From: the human T2T-CHM13v2.0 reference genome, Homo sapiens
Reading direction: 5' to 3' (one strand)
Assembly: GCF_009914755.1 (NCBI RefSeq)
Contig: NC_060925.1
DNA length: 64,000 bases
The first letter of the stretch is position 1. Every line of letters begins with the position of its first letter. A model generated the notes under the pieces. That model was given only the letters and a program-made list of their open reading frames with translations, was not told the origin of the DNA and did not search any database. Below are positions 44,821 to 57,453 of the stretch, piece by piece. A program made the position numbers and the translations under genes.

Positions 44821-46403
44821 CAGAGAGAAAGTGACCTAGTGAATTGGCCAGGTGACATACTGGTAAGGGAGTCAAAGGACACTCTGAGTTAGTGCCCTCA
44901 TGACACACAGCAAACTGTGATCATGAAAAGAGTGAGCTCAATAGTTTTCCATAAAATATGCTCAAAATTCGATGCAGTGGCCATGAGAGTACAGCTTTTG
45001 AAGTATGGTCAACCTATGGTACGTTAGGAAATGATAAGGGGAGGAAGAAATGGAAACCTAAACATCTACTGCAATGAAAACCAACAGCAATGACAGTAGG
45101 AGTAATTCAGCCTTCGTTGAAAACATGTCATCAAACACACTCTGGTTTCCCTGAATCTGTTGCCTCCAGGTGTTAACACAGAATTAAGCATCCACAATTG
45201 CTGAAAGTCACCTGGGGCATGGTGGGTTTTGATCTTCTTCCCCTTCTTTTCTTCCCCTTCTTCTTTCCTTCTTTGATCTTCTTCCCCTTCTTTTCTTCCC
45301 CTTCCCCTTCTTTTCAATTTCTGCAATAAATTCAGACATGGACAGACACATTAAGCTGATTCCCCTACACACATAACAATCCACTGTCTAATCCTCACAC
45401 AGGGACCTCAGGCTCCTCAGCATAAGAATAGGACACTGTGAGAGATATATTTCAGGAGGCCTGAAGGCTGGTCATGATAGAAATTCCTCGGTTTTTCTCC
45501 CAGAAACTGTGGGTAAAATGTCCCTATTCTAGTAGATCGTTATCCCAATATCATTTGTCCCAAGTTTGTGCAAACAGTTACGCCATATTTTTCCAATCAA
45601 CTTAAAGCAAATACCCTCAAATGATTTCTAGGAGAAAAACTGCAATATTTAGCCCTGTCTCATCAAATACTCAGATTGTTCATGGTTGTGAGGACTTTAG
45701 ACACTGAAATTAGAGTGAAAAAGGAAATCTACAAACCCTTGAGTCAAAATCATAGTTCTCTGAATTTGTCACATCTGCCCAGGTCCAATGTCATGAGAAT
45801 AGGATCAGGGCGCCACAGGTATGGCCTGAGACTAGGAAGAGAGTCTTGCTCACTGACCCATCCCTTGTCTGGGCTTCCAGGTAGAACTAGAGTTTCATTC
45901 AACCTACATGTGCCTATAGGTCCTCCCTGTGGCAATGACATCTCTCAGCTCAGTAATGGCCACTTGGAGCAGGAATATGATCTTTATATGGAAGACTCAG
46001 TGGATCCTTATCACCTTCATAGAAAGGTACTCACCTCCCACGTCGAGAGAAAAGCCAACATGTTTTTCCTCCAATGCATAAAAGGAACTTCCATAGGGCT
46101 GGCAGGAGTCAGGCTGTTCAAGACAACTGGAAGGAGTTGAATAACATCTATCCAGTGAGTCCTGCAAGACTTCAGGCTCTACTACCTCCAGCAGCTCCCT
46201 GCTGAGCCTGGAAAAGGAGGAAAAAGTAAAGAATAAGCCAGGGGAAATCAGACACAACAGAGCCCCAACTAGGTTTCATGGGTAGCATAGGGAAGTGGTT
46301 AAAAAACTAAAAGGATAGATCCATTAATGAGGTAACAAATTATTGCCTTCATGTTGGGACAGAACAGGGCCAAATGGAAAAGAATGAAAGAGAAAGACAG
46401 ATA

Positions 46404-46465
<62 letters not shown>

Positions 46466-49400
46466 ACGAGCTCAGTGAATTGTCCAGGTGACACACTGAT
46501 GAGGGAGTAACAGGACACTCTGAGTTAGTGCCCTCAGGACACACAGCATACAGGGATCATGAAAAGACTGTGCTCAATAATTTTCCATAAAATGTGCTCA
46601 AGTTTCCATGCAGTCGCCATGAGAATACAGTTTTTGAAGTCTGGTCCACCTACAGTAGGTTAGTAAATGATAAGGGGAGGAAGAAATGGAAACCTAAATA
46701 TCTACTGCAATGAAAACCAACAGCAATGTTAGTAGGAATAATTCAGGCTTGGTTGAAAAGATGTAATCGATAATGTCAGCCCGCACTGTTTTCCCTGAAC
46801 CAGGAGTCTCCAGATGTCAACACAGAAGTAGCTGTTCACAATTGCTCAGTTACCTGGGGCATGGTGGGCCTTGGTCTTCTTCCTCTTCTTGGTCCTTTTT
46901 AATTCCTGCAATACATTCAGACAGGGACAGACAAAATAAGCCAATTCACCTACACCCATAACAGTCCACTGTCTAATCCCCACACAGGGATCTCAGGCTC
47001 CTCAGCATGAGAACAGGACAATGTGAGAGATATACTTCAGGAGGCCTGAAAGCTGCTCATGATATTCTTTGGTTTACATCTCAGAACCAAGGGTGAAATA
47101 TCCCCATTCTGGTAGATCGTTATCCCAAAATCATTTATCCCAAGTTTGTGCAAACAGTTATGCTTTATTGTTCCCATCAGTTCAAAGAAAATGCCCCAGA
47201 TGATTTCCAGGAGGAAAACTAAAGTATTCAGCCCTGTCTCATCAAATGCCCAGCTCGTTCATGGATGCAAGAATTTTAGACACTGAAATTAGAATGAAGG
47301 AGGAAATCTACAAACCCTTCAGTCCAAATCATACTTCTGTGAATTTTTTACATCTGCCTGGGTCCAATGTGCTGAGAGCGGGCTCAGGTTGCCACAGGCA
47401 TGGCTGGAGACTAGGAATAGAGCCTTGCTCACTGACCCATTTCATGTCTAGGCTTCCAACTGAGACTACAGTTTCATTACAACCTATATGCGCCCATAGG
47501 TCCTGCCTGCGGCAATGACGTCTCTCGGGTCAGTAAGGGGCACTTGGAACAGGAATATCACCCCTATCTGGAAGACCACGTGGAGGCTTATCACCTTCAC
47601 AGTAAGGTACTCACTGTCCACGTCAAGAGCCAAGCCAAGGTACTGTTCCTCCAATGAGTAAACAGCACTGCTGTAGGGCTGGCCTAAGTCAGGCAGTTCA
47701 AGATAACCTGAAGGAGTCGAATAACATCTATCCAGTGAGTCCTGCAAGACTTCAGGCTCTTTCTCATCCAGCAGCTCCCTGCTAAGCCTGGAAAAGTAGG
47801 AAAAAGTAAAGAATAAGTCAGGGGGAATCAGAAACCACACAGCCCCAGCTAGATTTCATGGCTAACATAAGGAACTGTTTAAAAAGAAAAAGGACAGATC
47901 CATTAATGAGGTAATGAATTATTGCCTTTATGTTGGGATAGACCAGGGCCAGGTAGAAAAGAATGAAAGAGAAAGACAGGGAGAGGGAGAGAGAGAGAGA
48001 GGAGAAAGTGAGCTCAGCGAATTGGCCGGGTGACACACTGATGAAGGGGTCAAAGGACACTCTGAGTTAGTGCCCTCGGGACACACAGCGAACAGTGATC
48101 ATGAAAAGAGTGGGCTCAATAATTTTCCATAAACTTGCTCAAGTTTCCATGCAGTTGCCATACAGCCTTTGAGGTATGGTCAACCTATAGTAAGTAAGTA
48201 AATGATAAGGGGAGGAAGAAATGGAAACCTAAACATCTACTGCAATGAAAACCAACAGCAATGTCAGTAGGAGTAATTCAACCTTCGTTGAAAACATGAA
48301 ATTGAACACACTCTTGTTTTCCCTGGACCTGGCATCTCCAGGTGTCAACACAGAATTAAGCATCCATAATTGCTCAAAGTTACCTGGGGCATGATGGGTC
48401 TTGGTCTTCTTCCACTTCTTGGTACTTTTCAATTTCTGCAATAAGTTCAGACATGGACAGACATATTAAGCTGGTTCTCCTAAACACACATAACAATCCA
48501 CTGTCTAATCCTCACACAGGGACTTCAGGCTCCTCAGCATGAGAATAGGACACTGTGAGAGATAGTCTTCAGGAGGCCTGAAGGCTGATCACCATAGAGA
48601 TTCCTTGGTTTTTGTCCCAGAAACTGTGGGTAAAATTCCCTATTCTGGTAGATCATTATCCCAATATCATTTGTCCCAAGTTTGTGCAAATGGTTATGCC
48701 ATATTTTTCCAATCGATTTAAAGCAATTGCCCCCAAATGGTTGCTAGGAGAAAAACTGCACTATTCAGCCCTGTCTCATCAAATACTCAGATTGTTCATG
48801 GTAGCGAGGATTTCAGACGCTGAAATTAGAGTGAAGGATGAAATCTACAAGATCTACAAAATTGAGACAAAATCAGAGTTGTGTGAATTTGTCACATCTG
48901 CCCAGATCCAACATCTTGAGAGTAGGATTAGGGCGCCACAGGCATGGCCTGAGACTAGGAAGAGAGCCTTGCTCACTGACCCATCCCTTGTCTGGGCTTC
49001 CAAGTGGAACTAGAGTTTCATTCAACCTACATGTGCCTATAGGTCCTCCCTGTGGCAATGACATCTCTCAGCTCAGTAAGGGCCACTTGCAGTAGGAATA
49101 TGACCCTAACCAGAAGACTCAGTGGATCCTTATCACCTTCATAGAAAGGTACTCACCATCCATGTCAACAGCCAAGCCAACACGCTGTTGCTCCAATATG
49201 TAAAAGGCACTTCTGTAGGGCTGGCATGAGTCAGTCAGTTCAAGACAACCTGAAGGAGTCGAATAACATCTATCCAGTGAGTCCTGCAAGACTTCAGGCT
49301 CTTTCTCATCCAGCAGCTCCCTGCTGAGCCTGGAAAAGTAGGAAAAAGTAAAGAATAAGCCAGGGGGAATCAGAAACCACACAGCCCCAGCTAGATTTCA

Positions 49401-52400
49401 TGGCTAACATAAGGAACTGTTTAAAAAGAAAAAGGACAGATCCGTTAATGAGGTAATGAATTATTGCCTTTATGTTGGGATAGACCAGGGCCAGGTAGAA
49501 AAGAATGAAAGAGAAAGACAGGGAGAGGGAGAGAGAGAGAGAGGAGAAAGTGAGCTCAGCGAATTGGCCGGGTGACACACTGATGAAGGGGTCAAAGGAC
49601 ACTCTGAGTTAGTGCCCTCGGGACACACAGCGAACAGTGATCATGAAAAGAGTGGGCTCAATAATTTTCCATAAACTTGCTCAAGATTCCATGCAGTTGC
49701 CATACAGCCTTTGAGGTATGGTCAACCTATAGTAAGTTAGTAAATGATAAGGGGAGGAAGAAATGGAAACCTAAACATCTACTGCAATGAAAACCAACAG
49801 CAATGTCAGTAGGAGTAATTCAACCTTCGTTGAAAACATGAAATTGAACACACTCTTGTTTTCCCTGGACCTGGCATCTCCAGGTGTCAACACAGAATTA
49901 AGCATCCATAATTGCTCAAAGTTACCTGGGGCATGATGGGTCTTGGTCTTCTTCCACTTCTTGGTACTTTTCAATTTCTGCAATAAGTTCAGACATGGAC
50001 AGACATATTAAGCTGGTTCTCCTACACACATAACAATCCACTGTCTAATCCTCACACAGGGACTTCAGGCTCCTCAGCATGAGAATAGGACACTGTGAGA
50101 GATAGTCTTCAGGAGGCCTGAAGGCTGATCACCATAGAGATTCCTTGGTTTTTGTCCCAGAAACTGTGGGTAAAATTCCCTATTCTGGTAGATCGTTATC
50201 CCAATATCATTTGTCCCAAGTTTGTGCAAATGGTTATGCCATATTTTTCCAATCGATTTAAAGCAAATGCCCCCAAATGGCTGCTAGGAGAAAAACTGCA
50301 CTATTCAGCCCTGTCTCATCAAATACTCAGATTGTTCATGGTAGCGAGGATTGTAGACGCTGAAATTAGAGTGAAGGATGAAATCGACAAGATCTACAAA
50401 ATTGAGACAAAATCAGAGTTGTGTGAATTTGTCACATCTGCCCAGATCCAACATCTTGAGAGTAGGATTAGGGCGCCACAGGCATGGCCTGAGACTAGGA
50501 AGAGAGCCTTGCTCACTGACCCATCCCTTTTCTGGGCTTCCAAGTGGAACTAGAGTTTCATTCAACCTACATATGCCTATAGGTCCTCCCTGTGGCAATG
50601 ACATCTCTCAGCTCAGTAAGGGCCACTTGCAGGAGGAATATGACCCTAACCAGAAGACTCAGTGGATCCTTATCACCTTCATAGAAAGGTACTCACCATC
50701 CATGTCAACAGCCAAGCCAACACGCTGTTGCTCCAATACATAAAAGGCACTTCTGTAGGGCTGGCATGAGTCACACAGTTCAAGACAACCTGAAGGAGTT
50801 GAATAACATCTATCCAGTGAGTCCTGCAAGACTTCAGGCCCTTTCTCATCCAGCAGCTCCCTGCTGAGCCTGGAAAAGTGGGAAAAAGTAAAGAATAAGC
50901 CAGGGGGAATCAGAAACCACACAGCCCCAGCTAGATTTCATGGCTAACGTAAGGAAGAGTTTGAAAAGAAAAAGGACAGATCCATTAATGAGGTAACAAA
51001 TTATTGCCTTTATGATGGGACAGAACAGGGCCAGGTAGAAAACAATGAAAGAGAAAGACAGACAGAGACAGAGACAGAGACAGAGACAGAGAGAAAGTGA
51101 CCTAGTGAATTGGCCAGGTGACATACTGGTAAGGGAGTCAAAGGACACTCTGAGTTAGTGCCCTCATGACACACAGCAAACTGTGATCATGAAAAGAGTG
51201 AGCTCAATAGTTTTCCATAAAATACGCTCAAAATTCGATGCAGTGGCCATGAGAGTACAGCTTTTGAAGTATGGTCAACCTATGGTACGTTAGGAAATGA
51301 TAAGGGGAGGAAGAAATGGAAACCTAAACATCTACTGCAATGAAAACCAACAGCAATGACAGTAGGAGTAATTCAGCCTTCGCTGAAAACATGTCATCAA
51401 ACACACTCTGGTTTCCCTGAATCTGTTGTCTCCAGGTGTTAACACAGAATTAAGCATCCACAATTGCTGAAAGTCACCTGGGGCATGGTGGGTTTTGATC
51501 TTCTTCCCCTTCTTTTCTTCCCCTTCTTCTTTCCTTCTTTGATCTTCTTCCCCTTCTTTTCTTCCCCTTCCCCTTCTTTTCAATTTCTGCAATAAATTCA
51601 GACATGGACAGACACATTAAGCTGATTCCCCTACACACATAACAATCCACTGTCTAATCCTCACACAGGGACCTCAGGCTCCTCAGCATAAGAATAGGAC
51701 ACTGTGAGAGATATATTTCAGGAGGCCTGAAGGCTGGTCATGATAGAAATTCCTCGGTTTTTCTCCCAGAAACTGTGGGTAAAATGTCCCTATTCTAGTA
51801 GATCGTTATCCCAATATCATTTGTCCCAAGTTTGTGCAAACAGTTATGCCATATTTTTCCAATCAACTTAAAGCAAATACCCTCAAATGATTTCTAGGAG
51901 AAAAACTGCAATATTTAGCCCTGTCTCATCAAATACTCAGATTGTTCATGGTTGTGAGGACTTTAGACACTGAAATTAGAGTGAAAAAGGAAATCTACAA
52001 ACCCTTGAGTCAAAATCATAGTTCTCTGAATTTGTCACATCTGCCCAGGTCCAATGTCATGAGAATAGGATCAGGGCGCCACAGGTATGGCCTGAGACTA
52101 GGAAGAGAGTCTTGCTCACTGACCCATCCCTTGTCTGGGCTTCCAGGTAGAACTAGAGTTTCATTCAACCTACATGTGCCTATAGGTCCTCCCTGTGGCA
52201 ATGACATCTCTCAGCTCAGTAATGGCCACTTGGAGCAGGAATATGATCTTTATATGGAAGACTCAGTGGATCCTTATCACCTTCATAGAAAGGTACTCAC
52301 CTCCCACGTCAAGAGAAAAGCCAACATGTTTTTCCTCCAATGCATAAAAGGAACTTCCATAGGGCTGGCAGGAGTCAGGCTGTTCAAGACAACTGGAAGG

Positions 52401-52669
52401 AGTTGAATAACATCTATCCAGTGAGTCCTGCAAGACTTCAGGCTCTACTACCTCCAGCAGCTCCCTGCTGAGCCTGGAAAAGGAGGAAAAAGTAAAGAAT
52501 AAGCCAGGGGAAATCAGACACAACAGAGCCCCAACTAGGTTTCATGGGTAGCATAGGGAAGTGGTTAAAAAACTAAAAGGATAGATCCATTAATGAGGTA
52601 ACAAATTATTGCCTTCATGTTGGGACAGAACAGGGCCAAATGGAAAAGAATGAAAGAGAAAGACAGATA

Positions 52670-52727
<58 letters not shown>

Positions 52728-55700
52728 ACGAGCTCAGTGAATTGTCCAGGTGACACACTGATGAGGGAGTAACAGGACACTCTGAGTTAGTGCCCTCAGG
52801 ACACACAGCATACAGGGATCATGAAAAGACTGTGCTCAATAATTTTCCATAAAATGTGCTCAAGTTTCCATGCAGTCGCCATGAGAATACAGTTTTTGAA
52901 GTCTGGTCCACCTACAGTAGGTTAGTAAATGATAAGGGGAGGAAGAAATGGAAACCTAAATATCTACTGCAATGAAAACCAACAGCAATGTTAGTAGGAA
53001 TAATTCAGGCTTGGTTGAAAAGATGTAATCGATAATGTCAGCCCGCACTGTTTTCCCTGAACCAGGAGTCTCCAGATGTCAACACAGAAGTAGCTGTTCA
53101 CAATTGCTCAGTTACCTGGGGCATGGTGGGCCTTGGTCTTCTTCCTCTTCTTGGTCCTTTTTAATTCCTGCAATACATTCAGACAGGGACAGACAAAATA
53201 AGCCAATTCACCTACACCCATAACAGTCCACTGTCTAATCCCCACACAGGGATCTCAGGCTCCTCAGCATGAGAACAGGACAATGTGAGAGATATACTTC
53301 AGGAGGCCTGAAAGCTGGTCATGATATTCTTTGGTTTACATCTCAGAACCAAGGGTGAAATATCCCCATTCTGGTAGATCGTTATCCCAAAATCATTTAT
53401 CCCAAGTTTGTACAAACAGTTATGCTTTATTGTTCCCATCAGTTCAAAGAAAATGCCCCAGATGATTTCCAGGAGGAAAACTAAAGTATTCAGCCCTGTC
53501 TCATCAAATGCCCAGCTCGTTCATGGATGCAAGAATTTTAGACACTGAAATTAGAATGAAGGAGGAAATCTACAAACCCTTCAGTCCAAATCATACTTCT
53601 GTGAATTTTTTACATCTGCCTGGGTCCAATGTGCTGAGAGCGGGCTCAGGTTGCCACAGGCATGGCTGGAGACTAGGAATAGAGCCTTGCTCACTGACCC
53701 ATTTCATGTCTAGGCTTCCAACTGAGACTACAGTTTCATTACAACCTATATGCGCCCATAGGTCCTGCCTGCGGCAATGACGTCTCTCGGGTCAGTAAGG
53801 GGCACTTGGAACAGGAATATCACCCCTATCTGGAAGACCAGGTGGAGGCTTATCACCTTCACAGTAAGGTACTCACTGTCCACGTCAAGAGCCAAGCCAA
53901 GGTACTGTTCCTCCAATGAGTAAACAGCACTGCTGTAGGGCTGGCCTAAGTCAGGCAGTTCAAGATAACCTGAAGGAGTCGAATAACATCTATCCAGTGA
54001 GTCCTGCAAGACTTCAGGCTCTTTCTCATCCAGCAGCTCCCTGCTGAGCCTGGAAAAGTAGGAAAAAGTAAAGAATAAGTCAGGGGGAATCAGAAACCAC
54101 ACAGCCCCAGCTAGATTTCATGGCTAACATAAGGAACTGTTTAAAAAGAAAAAGGACAGATCCATTAATGAGGTAATGAATTATTGCCTTTATGTTGGGA
54201 TAGACCAGGGCCAGGTAGAAAAGAATGAAAGAGAAAGACAGGGAGAGGGAGAGAGAGAGAGAGGAGAAAGTGAGCTCAGCGAATTGGCCGGGTGACACAC
54301 TGATGAAGGGGTCAAAGGACACTCTGAGTTAGTGCCCTCGGGACACACAGCGAACAGTGATCATGAAAAGAGTGGGCTCAATAATTTTCCATAAACTTGC
54401 TCAAGATTCCATGCAGTTGCCATACAGCCTTTGAGGTATGGTCAACCTATAGTAAGTGAGTAAATGATAAGGGGAGGAAGAAATGGAAACCTAAACATCT
54501 ACTGCAATGAAAACCAACAGCAATGTCAGTAGGAGTAATTCAACCTTCGTTGAAAACATGAAATTGAACACACTCTTGTTTTCCCTGGACCTGGCATCTC
54601 CAGGTGTCAACACAGAATTAAGCATCCATAATTGCTCAAAGTTACCTGGGGCATGATGGGTCTTGGTCTTCTTCCACTTCTTGGTACTTTTCAATTTCTG
54701 CAATAAGTTCAGACATGGACAGACATATTAAGCTGGTTCTCCTACACACATAACAATCCACTGTCTAATCCTCACACAGGGACTTCAGGCTCCTCAGCAT
54801 GAGAATAGGACACTGTGAGAGATAGTCTTCAGGAGGCCTGAAGGCTGATCACCATAGAGATTCCTTGGTTTTTGTCCCAGAAACTGTGGGTAAAATTCCC
54901 TATTCTGGTAGATCGTTTTCCCAATATCATTTGTCCCAAGTTTGTGCAAATGGTTATGCCATATTTTTCCAATCGATTTAAAGCAAATGCCCCCAAATGG
55001 CTGCTAGGAGAAAAACTGCACTATTCAGCCCTGTCTCATCAAATACTCAGATTGTTCATGGTAGTGAGGATTTTAGACGCTGAAATTAGAGTGAAGGATG
55101 AAATCTACAAGATCTACAAAATTGAGACAAAATCAGAGTTGTGTGAATTTGTCACATCTGCCCAGATCCAACATCTTGAGAGTAGGATTAGGGCGCCACG
55201 GGCATGGCCTGAGACTAGGAAGAGAGCCTTGCTCACTGACCCATCCCTTGTCTGGGCTTCCAAGTGGAACTAGAGTTTCACTCAACCTACATGTGCCTAT
55301 AGTTCCTCCCTGTGGCAATGACATCTCTCAGCTCAGTAAGGGCCACTTGCAGTAGGAATATGACCCTAACCAGAAGACTCAGTGGATCCTTATCACCTTC
55401 ATAGAAAGGTACTCACCATCCATGTCAACAGCCAAGCCAACATGCTGTTGCTCCAATACATAAAAGGCACTTCTGTAGGGCTGGCATGAGTCAGTCAGTT
55501 CAAGACAACCTGAAGGAGTTGAATAACATCTATCCAGTGAGTCCTGCAAGACTTCAGGCCCTTTCTCATCCAGCAGCTCCCTGCTGAGCCTGGAAAAGTG
55601 GGAAAAAGTAAAGAATAAGCCAGGGGGAATCAGAAACCACACAGCCCCAGCTAGATTTCATGGCTAACGTAAGGAAGAGTTTGAAAAGAAAAAGGACAGA

Positions 55701-57389
55701 TCCATTAATGAGGTAACAAATTATTGCCTTTATGTTGGGACAGAACAGGGCCAGGTAGAAAACAATGAAAGAGAAAGACAGACAGAGACAGAGACAGAGA
55801 CAGAGACAGAGAGAAAGTGACCTAGTGAATTGGCCAGGTGACATACTGGTAAGGGAGTCAAAGGACACTCTGAGTTAGTGCCCTCATGACACACAGCAAA
55901 CTGTGATCATGAAAAGAGTGAGCTCAATAGTTTTCCATAAAATATGCTCAAAATTCGATGCAGTGGCCATGAGAGTACAGCTTTTGAAGTATGGTCAACC
56001 TATGGTACGTTAGGAAATGATAAGGGGAGGAAGAAATGGAAACCTAAACATCTACTGCAATGAAAACCAACAGCAATGACAGTAGGAGTAATTCAGCCTT
56101 CGCTGAAAACATGTCATCAAACACACTCTGGTTTCCCTGAATCTGTTGCCTCCAGGTGTTAACACAGAATTAAGCATCCACAATTGCTGAAAGTCACCTG
56201 GGGCATGGTGGGTTTTGATCTTCTTCCCCTTCTTTTCTTCCCCTTCTTCTTTCCTTCTTTGATCTTCTTCCCCTTCTTTTCTTCCCCTTCCCCTTCTTTT
56301 CAATTTCTGCAATAAATTCAGACATGGACAGACACATTAAGCTGATTCCCCTACACACATAACAATCCACTGTCTAATCCTCACACAGGGACCTCAGGCT
56401 CCTCAGCATAAGAATAGGACACTGTGAGAGATATATTTCAGGAGGCCTGAAGGCTGGTCATGATAGAAATTCCTCGGTTTTTCTCCCAGAAACTGTGGGT
56501 AAAATGTCCCTATTCTAGTAGATCGTTATCCCAATATCATTTGTCCCAAGTTTGTGCAAACAGTTACGCCATATTTTTCCAATCAACTTAAAGCAAATAC
56601 CCTCAAATGATTTCTAGGAGAAAAACTGCAATATTTAGCCCTGTCTCATCAAATACTCAGATTGTTCATGGTTGTGAGGACTTTAGACACTGAAATTAGA
56701 GTGAAAAAGGAAATCTACAAACCCTTGAGTCAAAATCATAGTTCTCTGAATTTGTCACATCTGCCCAGGTCCAATGTCATGAGAATAGGATCAGGGCGCC
56801 ACAGGTATGGCCTGAGACTAGGAAGAGAGTCTTGCTCACTGACCCATCCCTTGTCTGGGCTTCCAGGTAGAACTAGAGTTTCATTCAACCTACATGTGCC
56901 TATAGGTCCTCCCTGTGGCAATGACATCTCTCAGCTCAGTAATGGCCACTTGGAGCAGGAATATGATCTTTATATGGAAGACTCAGTGGATCCTTATCAC
57001 CTTCATAGAAAGGTACTCACCTCCCACGTCAAGAGAAAAGCCAACATGTTTTTCCTCCAACGCATAAAAGGAACTTCCATAGGGCTGGCAGGAGTCAGGC
57101 TGTTCAAGACAACTGGAAGGAGTTGAATAACATCTATCCAGTGAGTCCTGCAAGACTTCAGGCTCTACTACCTCCAGCAGCTCCCTGCTGAGCCTGGAAA
57201 AGGAGGAAAAAGTAAAGAATAAGCCAGGGGAAATCAGACACAACAGAGCCCCAACTAGGTTTCATGGGTAGCATAGGGAAGTGGTTAAAAAACTAAAAGG
57301 ATAGATCCATTAATGAGGTAACAAATTATTGCCTTCATGTTGGGACAGAACAGGGCCAAATGGAAAAGAATGAAAGAGAAAGACAGATA

Positions 57390-57453
<64 letters not shown>

